Below, in pieces: positions 43,272-56,688 of a stretch of 64,000 nucleotides of DNA. Source of the DNA: Octopus vulgaris. Taxonomy: Eukaryota. The notes beneath the pieces were generated by a model that was not told the origin of the DNA, ran no database searches, and worked only from the letters and a program-made list of their open reading frames with translations. The position numbers were made by a program, and so were the translations under genes. Within the stretch, counting starts at the first letter, position 1, and every line of letters begins with the position of its first letter. Where the stretch lies: positions 84,878,001 through 84,942,000 of the forward strand of contig OX597825.1 of NCBI GenBank assembly GCA_951406725.2. The letters run 5' to 3'.

Positions 43272-44240
43272 TATATATATATAATGTATCACGTTAACGG
43301 TGTTTCGTTTCAGTAAAGCTTCTAACCACATTAAATCACTAATTGATAATCATATTATTTATTAAAATGATATTAAATGAATATTTCAACACATAGGTGA
43401 TATCTTCTTTCAACGATTAAACTTCGTGGATAAAACATATTAATATGTACTATCACCGAACAACGATCGACATGTATATTAATATAATCACTCGGATAAC
43501 GAACGAATTTGTATTATTAATAACACTATATGAAACAGTGACGTATACCACGTGGCTGGCTTCCACTGTTACTAGTCCCATCAAGGAAGATACCATTCCG
43601 AACCGAGCACAATTTACTTTTCTACACGATACAAAAAATTTATCGCATTTTACAGACAATTAACATTTTAAACTTTTTAGTTCTGTTCCTTGAGACTCGC
43701 GAGTCAACACCAATTTCCTATGAACTTCTAAATTTACTCATGTAATTTTTCATTAAGAACTAAAACTATTACCACTTTTGGCGCTCTCCCCCAAAATTTC
43801 GTATCTTGTACCTATGGTAAAAAAGAACATTATTATTATTAATATCATTATTACTGGTGCTGTTTTTATTGCTATTATTTTTGGTGTTGTTACTAACATT
43901 GCATTACTTCCTCACGCATAATTCTATTTTTATGCATTTATTTACGTCGACTCACTTTAAGACATTCGTAAATGGTTTCCTCAAACGATTCCATATAACC
44001 GACCTTCAATGTCTTTGCATCACCCTGTATCACTCTAGAAAAGAAACACGTTTATCACATACACAGACTCACACATACACATACGCAATACACACACACA
44101 CACATATATATATACACATATGTATATGTGTGTGCGTGTGTCTGTAGGTATATATACATACAAATAATTATATATATATATGCATATACACATACGTACA
44201 CATACATACATTTATACATATATATATATGTATGTATACC

Positions 44241-44281
<41 letters not shown>

Positions 44282-44526
44282 ATGTGTATGTGGGCACAGG
44301 ACGTCACGCATTTAATAAGACAAGCTTTCGATAAAACAGTTGCTTCCGCAGAGCAAATTAAATAAAATCTGGGATTTTGCGGCGGGTGACAAAATTAGTA
44401 ACACAAGCAGGACGCTGAAAACAAAGATGCTGCTAAGCCTAAGCGAGGATTGATGGCGAACGCGTAAATCTAGCTTGGACAGGAGACAGACAAGAACACC
44501 TGTATACATAATACATACATACATAC

Positions 44527-44559
<33 letters not shown>

Positions 44560-44974
44560 ACAGATATAAATGCACATATGTATAAATACGTCACTGACGT
44601 ATTTATACAACGTAATATTCGATGTCCTTCTTTTTTATCTTAGTCTAGTTCGCTTTACCATTCATACCATTCTTCGAGCATGAACCAGCAAAATTAAATT
44701 TATGTCAACGTAAAGGACAATGTCTCCGACGATCGACTTCGGCGTTTTTGTTATTATGATCAGAAATGAAATAGAACTGTACTTGGTGTATCGCCGTCTT
44801 TCAAAAACAGGGAGATTGAATTGTTTTATTCGTTCCATCAGTCTATAGATATTTCCTCATTAACATGGAATGATTAACAAAAGATATTCAGTAACATTCA
44901 TGGAGAGCTTCGTGTTTAAAATGACTGTAATTCTACTACTACTACTACTACACAGACACACACACGCACACACT

Positions 44975-45015
<41 letters not shown>

Positions 45016-45125
45016 CAATATACACATACATCCATACATATAGGCGGTGTGTGTATACATATATATCTATATATATTTATATATATGTGTATACATAAAT
45101 ATATATATTCATATTTATGTATAGA

Positions 45126-45156
<31 letters not shown>

Positions 45157-45407
45157 GTATATATGTGCATATATAGAAATAGACATACACTCCTATATGT
45201 ATGTATGTGTGTATGTATTTATGTACAATGTTTCTGAAATTTATAAATATTTATATTTATTGAATTATAGACACATACTCAACAGCAAACGCATACACAT
45301 ACAGAGGATTTCTGACTTTTTGAGATATTCAGCAATTATTTTATTCACTACCGTTTGAATATCCAAAAGTTTAAATACTGAGAAAAGATTGACTTAATAT
45401 ATCACAT

Positions 45408-45457
<50 letters not shown>

Positions 45458-46154
45458 TCTACAGAAGATTTTGTACAGATCTATGCATACTTATATACAT
45501 GCATACATACACACATACATATATATACATGCATCCATACTCGCACACAGACACACGCATATCTATGCATAAAGATGGGTTACAATAATTAATTTTTTTT
45601 TTAAATAGACAAAGTACTCTCAGACAATATAATTATAACGTAATATTGCTACATAAAACACGTGGGCCATTCGATATAAAATCCATATTGCGCGGCCCTT
45701 CAGTAAAAATCAAAGTTAAATAGACAGCGTTGAGAAATCAACAATACACATTGACAGATCGGCACATATTCAGCCCAAAATTAAAAGGTTGTATAATATA
45801 ATTCGGCTACGTTGTAATTTAAAGAAAATTTCAAGAGTATCATAGGTTTATGTGAGCATGTATTGATTGTGATATCCTCCGAAGCGTTGACACGATATGC
45901 TTCGGAGTTGACAGTTTTATGTATATCGAAACATTAATGTTCGTGTGTTAGTCTCCATCAAGTTTGCTGCGGGGTTCATTATCACAGTGTGATTGTTTTT
46001 AGATTTTGAGTCGTTGTTGATACATGTATGTATGTTTGTATGGGTATATATATATATATGTGTGTATATATGTATGTACTTTTGTATGAATGTATAGATG
46101 TATATATGTATGTAAGTAGGTTTATATGCATAAATGTGTGTGCATATATATATA

Positions 46155-46193
<39 letters not shown>

Positions 46194-46413
46194 GCAGAGA
46201 GATGTATTCATTGGAAATGGGAAATTCATAAATTGCTACTCCAAATTAAGAGTTCCCGATTGTAGAACACAGTGACGTACATTTACGTAGAGAATACTGT
46301 AGATATCACTGCTTTGTGTTTTCAGTATTCCCTAATTGTATGAATCATTTGTAATATTTGTATTCACACCCTCACGCGTACACTTATTTATACAAAATCT
46401 CACATACGTATGT

Positions 46414-46508
<95 letters not shown>

Positions 46509-47434
46509 CGTATATATATTTACATACATTGATACATATGTACCAACATACGTACATACCTACATAAGTACATATATTTGTAGCTTGTAAGCTTTGGCTT
46601 GTATGTGGAAATATGTTATTGAGTAGGGACTCTAAATGTTACTCATGGACTTATATATATATGTAATTGTTATCATTAGAGCGTGAATACAGAGTATATT
46701 CACCATTCCGAAAGAATAGATTCAAAGGTCATCGATATTTATGAACAGAACTACAAACACACACACACACACACACGCCTACATGCATACATACATACAT
46801 ACATACACACAAACGTACGTATATCTCTTTGTGTATGTGTATATATATGTATGTATACATAAACGTGTGTCTGTAGTATATGTAATTCTTTGTATGTTTC
46901 GTAGTGTCCTTGAGTATATTGTATCATTGCCACAAACACATATGCAATGACGTAGCAATATCCAAAGCTATCCACGTCGTTGTGGAAGTTTCGTATTTCA
47001 CGATTGTTGTCGCAGCCACACATTAACGGTATTCATTGTTGCAGTTGTCCATAAAAAACAGACATTAATAATCGCTTAAACACCAAGCCTCCCTCCATGT
47101 TATTACATACACATACTATATTTGCGTGTATTTGTGTACATGTATGCGTCTATTTGTAATATGTGTCTTTGTATGTGTATACGTGTGTAAGTACCTGTAT
47201 ATACATGCAGATATACACATGAATACGCAGGTGTGTGTGTTTGTATGTGTAAAAGACGAATGTCCATTTTTCTTGTAAATTTGAATATTGTTCTGCATTT
47301 TCGTTTTTCTGTTCCATTTTATATATTTCAGTAAACCATTTTGGTGCCGTGTTTACAATGTCAATTTGATACCGGTTTATGGTATGTATATATGTATGTG
47401 TATATTTTCATAAATCACTATGTATGTGTATAAT

Positions 47435-48012
47435 TTACGGCAATGTATGCTCCAAGCTGATGTCTTTGGTCATAGGGTTAACTACTAGTAAGATAATTGT
47501 AGACGATACTGTGATCCCCAGAAAAACTCCGAAGAAAAATCGATCCATGACTTTAGCAATTTCCTGCCACTCTTGAATGAATTTTCTTTCCACCATACAT
47601 CGGTCGTTCATTGCGATGATGTACCGAAGATAGCGCATCATTTCGTCATCAAAGGAGTTCTCTGGAGTCAGTATCGAATGTGTTTGTGCACTAACACCAC
47701 TTGAGCTGGAGCAGTCTGTTATCTTCTCATGGCCGAGACCGTTACAGCGCACTCCACAATGACTGTGACGATCTGAGCCATACGATTCTCTGGAAAGTTT
47801 TTCCATTTTGTTATGAAGCGAAGAATGGCAATAACGGTTCGGGATAGTGTCCGTCCATTCCATGCAAAGGGCCCTTGAGAGTAAGTAGGAGAATTTACGT
47901 AGCCAGTACGGCGGTCCGGATTGGAAACTACCACGGTGATGAAGGTTTAGGATGAAAACGGAAAATACCACGGACAGAGCACTCATAGCCATTATAACGG
48001 TCAGGTAAATAC
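47435..48012 (-). CDS. Terminal coding exon of a Cys-loop ligand-gated ion channel subunit (nicotinic acetylcholine receptor-like): M3, intracellular loop, MA/M4, stop
   Basis: Acceptor ttttgtag| (AG at 48014-48013) opens a phase-1 exon reading (G)IYLTVIMAMSALSVVFSVFILNLHHRG...PPYWLRK (M3 plus the typical 'LNLHHR...P.W' post-M3 motif) and ending EWQEIAKVMDRFFFGVFLGITVSSTIILLVVNP (the 'EW..IA.V.DR' MA/M4 signature), TAA at 47437-47435. Subunit identity cannot be assigned from this exon. Confidence 0.93.
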
Positions 48013-48124
48013 CTACAAAAGAGAAAACGAAGAGAACAAATGATTAAATAAAAAGAATCTATGGAATTTTGAAAGTACAGATTAGGAAGTACAGATACAG
48101 AAACAGTGTAACACACGTATATAT

Positions 48125-48238
<114 letters not shown>

Positions 48239-49214
48239 ATAAAATCAGAAAAGAATGCATTTCACATGCGGTAGGTATTTACAAAGAATTCACCAGAATT
48301 TTCATTCAGATAATCACCCCAATCGGTATCATAGCACAATAATAATATAAAATTTAAATCGACACAACTGGGTTAATTTTATAGCGCGTTTACTCAAAAC
48401 AATTGATTTGCTCTTTGATGGTTAAAAATAAGTATATGTAGTTGTATATATATACAGATATGTATATGTATACAGGTATACATATATATCTATCTATACA
48501 CACACACACAGATATATATATATATATATATATATATATCTAAGGCAAATATGTCAACAGGACCAGTGGCACGTATTTGAAGAATACAGTGGAGAATTGC
48601 TCTGTGACATAACCCAAGTCGTCGAAGAGAAGAGTAAAAGCTCGTTTTGTGGCAATTCTAATCAATTCTAAATAAAAAGAGAAATAGTTTTCAGGGGAAA
48701 GATAACCGTTGTGTACATATTTTCTCTCCTAATCTCTTCACATCGAATAATTTATATAATTTACACGAAAATATTTGGTATTACATAAAGTGAATTTTCG
48801 AGCAAGAAAAACGTATTATGGTTGAAATTGTTAAATACAACAGAAGGAGAAGCCTTCGTGGGGAAAATGAAATAAATCGAGGAATGTGTCTAAAGATTTT
48901 TTGTCATTATTTACAATGTAAAGTATGCGGAGCTGAACTCGCATAACGGGATCTGTTTATTCATTTAGATATTGCATGAATGTACTAGTTAGGCAGGTAA
49001 TAAGATAATGAAACATATAAAATACACCGATAGCGATACCCAGGTATGACCTCGAGTGATTAAGCAATAATTGAAAATGTAAAGTAGATGACATACAATC
49101 TTTACGACAAAGCTTTCACTGGTGGTGGAGAAGTTGTTTTGGAAAAGAAGAGGTAAGTGCAGAATCCAGGGAGGCTTTTCTGTATCTAAGATGGAAACAG
49201 TGTTAATGGTAAAT

Positions 49215-49520
49215 CCAAGAGAGGTGGTAGATGGAACCTGAAAGAAGACCGTCGTATATGTGTGTGTGTACGCGCGTGCCTGTGCGTGGGCCTGCGCATG
49301 TGTGTCTGTGTGTCTTTTCATCTGTGTGTGTTTGTACCCACCACCGCTGGAGACTTAGTGTCTTGACGTCCCCATAACCTAGCGTTTCGACAAAAGACGT
49401 AGATAGAATAAGTACCAGGTTTAAAATATATAAGTACTGGGGTTGATCCATTCCACTAGAATTCGTCAAGGCGGTTGCCCTAGCATGACCACAGTCTGAT
49501 GACTGGGATAAATAAAAACA
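49215..49520 (+). mobile_element. SINE family A, 5'-truncated
   Basis: ggtagatggaacctgaaagaagaccgtcg...gatagaataagtaccagg...tagcatgaccacagtctgatgact. Confidence 0.75.
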
Positions 49521-51117
49521 AATTACTTGCTGTTCTCTGTTCAAGGCCTTTATAGTTCAGTTTATTTTAATAAAATTCCGAGTTATTAGTTAAACGTTTG
49601 CAGCCAGGAAATTGAACACCTACTTTGTATACCTTTGTCTACGTTTGATTTTTAATTTAATTAATTAGGTTTCTGAGAGCCTGAATTGAAACAGCTGTAA
49701 GGGGTATTTGACAAAGTGAAACAGCTGTAAGGGATGTTTTTTGCAATTACAAAACATAAGGCCGGAAACGAGAAAAATCTTTCAAAGAATTTCATTCGCT
49801 CCATGCAATCAGCTCTTAAATGACTGCCCTAGGCTAACATAGCAAAGCGGACGTTAAATGAATTGACAAACATCCCCTACAACTGATTTGAAACAGCTGT
49901 AATGGATGTTAGTATTTATTCATTAAATTTCTAATCATTTTATAATGATAAATAAAATATATATAAACCACGATGTATATATATATATATACAGTGGAAT
50001 ATTAAATAGAATGTTCAATACTTTTTTTTATAGGTAATCAACCAGTACTTTCATGGGGCTTTGCTATCCTGGTATGAGGTTTGTAACTTTTAATTATGCG
50101 TCCGTTATAAAATGCCTATTAGTTATCTAGCATAAACTTTCGTAAAGGTTTCACAATTCTAAAACTATTCATTTGTGATGCGTGTAACAAGACAGCGATA
50201 CGTCTGAAGCAAGTTTCGGAGCCAAAACAGTGTGAAATGACGTGCAGGTGTACTTCGACACCATCCAATGAACAAACAACCTCAAAGATAATGGCAGATT
50301 TCTTCTGGCGATTTCATTTGGCAAAGCTTTTAATCGCAGAGACGAATACAATCAAATTACATTCGATTTGCAAATCGAAGTTGTGTGACAAATATTTATA
50401 TTTGGCAATCGCTCAAATACGTTTTGCCTGAAAGAGTATAAACGAGGGAAATGAAGTCGTTTATTGCAATTTAGAGGTGTCAGGTAGATAGCAATTGAAG
50501 ATATTCCGTGTAAATATTACGTAACCACTAGTTTCCCGATACGAGAAGACATGTTTCGTACAAGAGTCGGATTATTTCATTTCATTTGGAGAAAACAAAC
50601 AAAAATAAGAGTGAAAACCAAATATATAAAATAATCAAAGATATACATGTGTATGTTTGTATATACATGTAGGCATGTGATTGCGTTTGTTTATGCAGCC
50701 AATTGGCTGAGGTGAGTCAGTGTGAAGTTGTTTTCCCGTAATCCTTCAATCGCTCTTCTTTCTCGCTTCAGTTCTGGTGAGGTCAGCTTTGAGGTTCATC
50801 CATTGAGAATCGATAAACATAACCAACCATTCCTTTAATGTAGATAAATTCTCCTTCTCGCCATTTAGTTCTGACTGCCTCGTTGTCTGTTTCCTCCTCT
50901 CAGGAATAAATCGAATATCGAATGCTGGCAGACTGAAGAGGGATGGGCTTTGTCAGGTCAGAAAGACACCAGAGTATGTCGGTTGTAGCGACGTCGTCCT
51001 TCTAATTCCATCAAGAAATGGAGCCCAATGTAAGTCATGACATGACCACATACACACACACGCGCGCATACATACACGCATGCACACATATATTTATATA
51101 CTATAAAAGTCTAGAAA

Positions 51118-51520
51118 GGCGGTGAGCTGGCAGAAACGTGAGCACGCCGGGTGAAATGCTTAGCGGTATTTCGTCTGTCGTTACGTTCTGAGTTCAAATT
51201 CCACAGAGGTCGTCTTCGCCTTTCACCCTTTCGCGGTCGATAAATTAAGTACCAGTTACGTACTGGGGTCGATGTATTCGACTTAATCCCTTTGTCTGTC
51301 CTTGTTTGTCCCCTCTGTGTTTAACCTCTTTTGGGTAGTAAGGAAATAGATATTTCGTCTGTCGTTACGTTCTGAGTTCAAATTCCGCCGAGGTCGACTT
51401 TGCCTTTCATGCTTCGGGGTTGATAAATAAAGTACCATTTTCGAACTGGGGTAGACGTAATCTACTTAATCCCTTTGTCTGCCCTTGTCTGTTTAGCCCC
51501 TTGTGGGCAGTAAAGAAATA
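51118..51520 (+). mobile_element. SINE family B tandem dimer (tail type 2)
   Basis: Full monomer 51118-~51349 followed directly by a headless second monomer; the second ends ccccttgtgggcagtaaagaaata and the first ends in a diverged version of it. Confidence 0.85.
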
Positions 51521-51934
51521 TATATACCATAAAAGTCTGGAGGTATGACAGATGGATATACTTTGTTAACCACGTGTAATTCTCAGTGTGTGTGTGTGCG
51601 TGCGCGCATGTGTATCTACCCGTATGTATGTACGTATTTTATTATATCATAGAATAGAAATGCAAATTCTTGATAAACCACTGTTCCTGTCAATAAGTTC
51701 TTGGCTACAGTCGAGAATTCTCCTGATTAGCACTGACTCCATAAATAGCGTTTCACACTTTACTTCCCAAAAGTTATCCCTCAGCGATGTATGTTTCTTA
51801 ATCAACAGCCGCAAGTCACGTACAAATGTAATATTTAGCCAATGTTTCTATTATCTAAATCACCTTCCAACGAATTCTCACATCTTCCAACGAATTCTCA
51901 ACTTCGAAACAATTCATTATCGATCTATCTTCAT

Positions 51935-51945
51935 TACCATCATCG

Positions 51946-51986
<41 letters not shown>

Positions 51987-52080
51987 GTCATCATCATCAT
52001 CAGCATCATCGCCATCGTCATTATCATCGTCATCATCATCATCATCATTATCATCATCATCATCATCGCCATCGTCAACG

Positions 52081-52130
<50 letters not shown>

Positions 52131-52230
52131 AGCAGCATCATCATCAGCATCATCAGCATCATCAGCATCATCATCAGTATTATTATAATTAATATTATTA
52201 TTATTATTGTTGTTGTTGTTATTGTCGTTG
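51935..52230. repeat. (ATC)n/(AGC)n/(ATT)n/(GTT)n compound trinucleotide repeat
   Basis: Direct inspection. Confidence 0.95.
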
Positions 52231-52376
52231 TTAACAATACGATTCACAATTACGGATGACGATGAGGGTATTGTATTATTTACATAGTGAATCAATACAT
52301 TTACAGACTCAGTGCTCCCTGAGTTAGGACAGGGGAAAAAATGAGATTTGTGGAGGCAATAATACCTTAATTAAAA

Positions 52377-52606
52377 GGCGGCGAGCTGGCAGAATCATTT
52401 GCACGCCAGGCGAAATGCTAAACGGCATTTCGTCTGCCACTATGTTCAGAGTTCAAATTACGCCGAGGTCGACTATGTCTTTCATCCTTTTGGGGTCGAT
52501 TAAATAATTACCAGTTACGCACCGGGGTCGATGTAGTCGACTTAATCCCTTTGTCTCTCCTTGTTTGTCCCCTCTATGTTTAGCCCCTTGTGGGCAATAA
52601 AGAAAT
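52377..52606 (+). mobile_element. SINE family B (tail type 2)
   Basis: ggcggcgagctggcagaatc...ttaatccctttgtc...agccccttgtgggcaataaagaaata. Confidence 0.85.
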
Positions 52607-53642
52607 AATACCGTAATTAAGTTCATGTTATGACCTGTAAATACAATCGAAGGCAATAACCGGATCGAACAGTTTTTCACTCTATTCATTGATATCTAAG
52701 GAACACATGTATATATATAGATATCATTTAAAACTTATCAAATTATATTCTACATTGAAAGTGATACCGTAACTAGCTGTCGTAACATGGCTGTACATAA
52801 TATTAATTTATAATTATTAATCGAAGGCAAGTGTTGCTTTTCTCTGTGTATTAAGAGAATAAGGGGCGTCCGAGTAGTCAGCTAAGAATACTAAGATCGG
52901 CATTTCAAATCTACAATTATTTTCGCAAACCGACAAAGGATCATCGTCATACTTGAACGTGACACTGCCTTAACTGGATTCGATGCCATCGAATTTGTAA
53001 GAACACTGTCTCATTTGAAACATCAGCATCGTATTTGAACCTGAGAGCAGCAGATATGGATGTATGTGTAACTAGATGTGTGAATCATATCTAAATATAT
53101 GTTTAATAAAGAATGAAAAAGAAATTAGTAAGATGCGTGCCATTAGGCAAATTTCAGATTGCAAAGAATTCTGTTGCATTAATGCCTTTCATAAATTTAG
53201 ATGACTGCTATTCGTTTTAGATATTCAACTGAAGGAATCTCTTTAAATTCTCTAACTTCGAGTTCGGCTTTGCGCTTGGTTTAGAATAACCAAATTAGAA
53301 AAAAATACACATTTGAATTGGTTATAGTAATAACTGCTTTGAAAGAAGCACATTGATATATAAATACATTTATAGGGGTACCTCCCCATAATTTCTATAA
53401 GTTCTTTGTATCTGCCTGTCACTATAGGTATACGATATACATACACAAACGCAAAACATACACAGGCACATTCGCATACGTACACAGTCGAAAACAAGCA
53501 TTACTCAAATATAAAAATAGTAGGATATTTGGCGAATTCTATAGAAAAGGCAACCAAACTACTCTTGTATGAGTTAGCGTTTTTTATGCATATATATAGA
53601 CACCCATTCAGACACATATATAAGGGTGTGAGAGAGAGATAG

Positions 53643-53680
<38 letters not shown>

Positions 53681-54456
53681 TGTGCTTGTGTGTATATATC
53701 TCTATGCATAAGAATGTGTGTATACTTGTGCGTGTTTATATATGTGTGTATGTGTTTGTTGCGTGTGTATGTGTGTATGTGTGTATCAAATGAAACAGGA
53801 AATAAAGCGTTAAACACATACGTATATAAATAACTGGAGAACGAGAGAGAGAAAGTGAAAAAGAAAGATGGCGATTCTCTGTTGCAAAACTCTTTTCTCC
53901 ATCATCATGTATTAAACATCCATTCCAGATGAAAATGTGAATGTTCATATATAAAGTTAAATAGTCTATATTAATGTTTTTTTTTGTTTTTTCTCTTCGC
54001 TATATTCTATACGCGTACATGTCAATATGTTTCTCTCACATCCGGTACAGATCATGGAAAATTATACATTTATATTATAAGTAGATGTACTAAGTGGGTT
54101 TATGCAGGTTTACTATAAAGAAATAAGTATATAACGAAAAACTGAACTGCAGTAAAACAGCGATCGGAGATAATCTTATCCACTGAGAAATACACTAAAC
54201 TATTTAAAAGAACTTATACAAGTTTAGCAGATGGAAAACAGTTGAACCAAAATCACTTACAACAGGAATGATGTAAAAATAATATAATAACTATGGGAAA
54301 AAAAATTTTAGGTTTATTCTTTATGAAGAAAAAATAAACAGCTTTAAATTCCTTTGAGACTGGGAATTAAGAGTACAAAGTTGTGTCATCATATAGGAAT
54401 ATAAAAGAGAAAATTACTATAGTAAATATCACAAGAGATATTCAGCAACCATACTT

Positions 54457-54703
54457 TGGAGTAGAGATTGCTTGCCAACATAACATGGCAGTCCTGGTTT
54501 AGGACGAATGTTGCTGTAATTTAACCCTAGGAGACATCGTCTCCAGCTGGCTATACAACATGATCTGTGTCCTTATATTTTCGAACAAGGGAATCTAGCT
54601 GTCGTATAGCCAGCTGGAGACGGTGTCTCCTGGGGCTAAATTACAGCAACATTCTTCCTAAACCAGAACTGCCATGCTATGTTGGCAAATAATCTTTACT
54701 CCA
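54457..54703. repeat. Hairpin-forming inverted repeat, ~104-bp arms, ~39-nt loop
   Basis: Arms 54457-54560 and 54600-54703, about 10 mismatches by manual alignment. Confidence 0.92.
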
Positions 54704-55710
54704 TATAAAATAGTGTTTGACTGTTCATTGGAAATGGGATTTGGTTTTGTGGTGGAATATTTGGACTAAATAACAAATATTGTGTTGAACTCTTTCCAAG
54801 TAAAACCATTCTGGCTTGAATAGACTTTTCCTCAGATGAAAAGTAAGGCAAACATTTCAATGTTATTGAATATGTCTGACTTGGATTACAAAGTTATTCA
54901 TTATCTTTTCATTATTTCAATAGACTTTTAGCGTATAGCTGTATTTCATACATACATTAGAAAAACACATTTTTCGTAAATTTATTAATCGGATTCTCTT
55001 GGGGCTGAACAAATAAGATATAAAGATATCGAAACATGCGTCGACAGATAATGAAAGATATAAACGGGAATAAAAGTTAAATTCATTTGAACTTCACTCT
55101 TTTGTGATGAAGAAGAATTCACTTGGGTGGAGCAAACCATTTTTCGAAGACACCATGCATAATTCTAAACTTTATCTGGATTTGAAAGACGCCCTTTGTT
55201 TCACAAATGGCTTGATGGAAACATAAAACATATGCATAAATGTTTTTTGCAAAATATCGCCATCTTCATGTGACTTATCCGAGAGAAAAAAGGAAGAACA
55301 GGAGACACATGTATTCAAATATTATGCTTTATTGTGGTGCCTTAACTGCTTCAGGGATACAACCGTGATGATATTCAGCGTATCCCAGATATATTGAGGC
55401 CTGTTGGAGCCCATCATGCACCTGGTCACACAGCAGTCAATTTCTTCCTCTAGGAAGGGAGATGGAAAATAACGGTTGGAATAGAGGACAGTGTTATGAA
55501 AGAGATCAACTCATGCGTGGCTATCTGAGAAATAACATTGAAATACTGTTGCAGGCTACACTAAGTAAGACGATGATCAAAGACAATGCTGAGACCCTCC
55601 AGGGGAAGTATAAGAAGACTAATAGAAATACAATTAACAACTGGAATGAGAAATAGAAATAATATATTTCTAAATTTCTCACAAAAGTTTATGCAGTAGC
55701 AGCACGATAT

Positions 55711-55903
55711 AGTGATAGCATGTTGTCAACTTAATGTGGCAGTCCCATGAAAGGGAAGACTGCTACTGCTATTTAGCCCTAGGAAACACCGTTTACTGTT
55801 GGTCTTGACACATTTCTTGTGTCCTTACGTGTCAAGTCCAACAGAAAACGATGTTTCCTAGCGCTAAATAACAGTAACATTAAGTTGACAACATACTTTC
55901 ACT
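55711..55903. repeat. Hairpin-forming inverted repeat related to 54457-54703
   Basis: agtgatagcatgttgtcaacttaatgt...atttagccctaggaaacaccgtt pairs with aacgatgtttcctagcgctaaata...acattaagttgacaacatactttcact. Shares tgct..atttagccc.aggaRac and tgtgtcctta with the 54457 element. Confidence 0.85.
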
Positions 55904-56018
55904 TTATGGAGTGATAAAGTTTTGTATATATGTATGTATGTATGTATACATAGAGACCTATATATATATTTATATATATATATTTATATGTATATATCTA
56001 TATATGTATACATAGAGA

Positions 56019-56071
<53 letters not shown>

Positions 56072-56688
56072 ATATATAACTTGCCGTAAATATATTAAAA
56101 ACAATAGAAATACTTATTTGCCGATCCATAACGAAATACACATTGTGTAGAGAGATTGTAATAACATTAGATAATAATAAGGAAAAAGAAATTGTATAAA
56201 TGCTAAATATATGTATTGGAGATATAGCATCAACATTCCAAAAGTACAAAATTTAATTTCAATCATACTGCTATATAATCGAATTGAATAAATTGGGTTA
56301 AATAAAAACGAAATTGTAATAAAATCATGCGGAATCCTCTTTTTCTATTTCCGGAGATAACATTTGAACGGGTTTTGAAATCGTATTATTTATATTTTTC
56401 AAAGTTTTTTTCGGATATATTTTTTATTTCTTCCAACAGTATTCAAGAAAGATATTGTAACTCTGATTTTATAATTATTATATTTATATCATATATCTTC
56501 TCAACGAATCAAAAAGTATATTATTAAAAAGTATAGTGTTATCCTACTGCTTGCGGCTCATTTACAGTTATCGTATTTATTATTATTGAATATACGCAAA
56601 ACAGATCATCGAACTGTTGGGAAAGGAGAATTCCTAACATCGGGTTACAACTGATATTATTGTCGTTATTGTTATTATCATTATTAGT

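Noticed and set aside
47435-48012. Assignment as an octopus chemotactile receptor or a named CHRNA orthologue
   Set aside because: The diagnostic extracellular domain is outside the window, so no symbol is given.
48989-49100. Minus-strand LLYIFNYCLI...FIILLPA resembling nAChR M1
   Set aside because: It ends in a stop right after LPA, has no GEK/M2 segment or suitable splice sites, and the ORF starts inside a SINE.
53860-53948. Minus-strand ...HDDGEKSF resembling the M1-M2 linker DSGEK
   Set aside because: Flanks are not hydrophobic helices and the frame runs into microsatellite.
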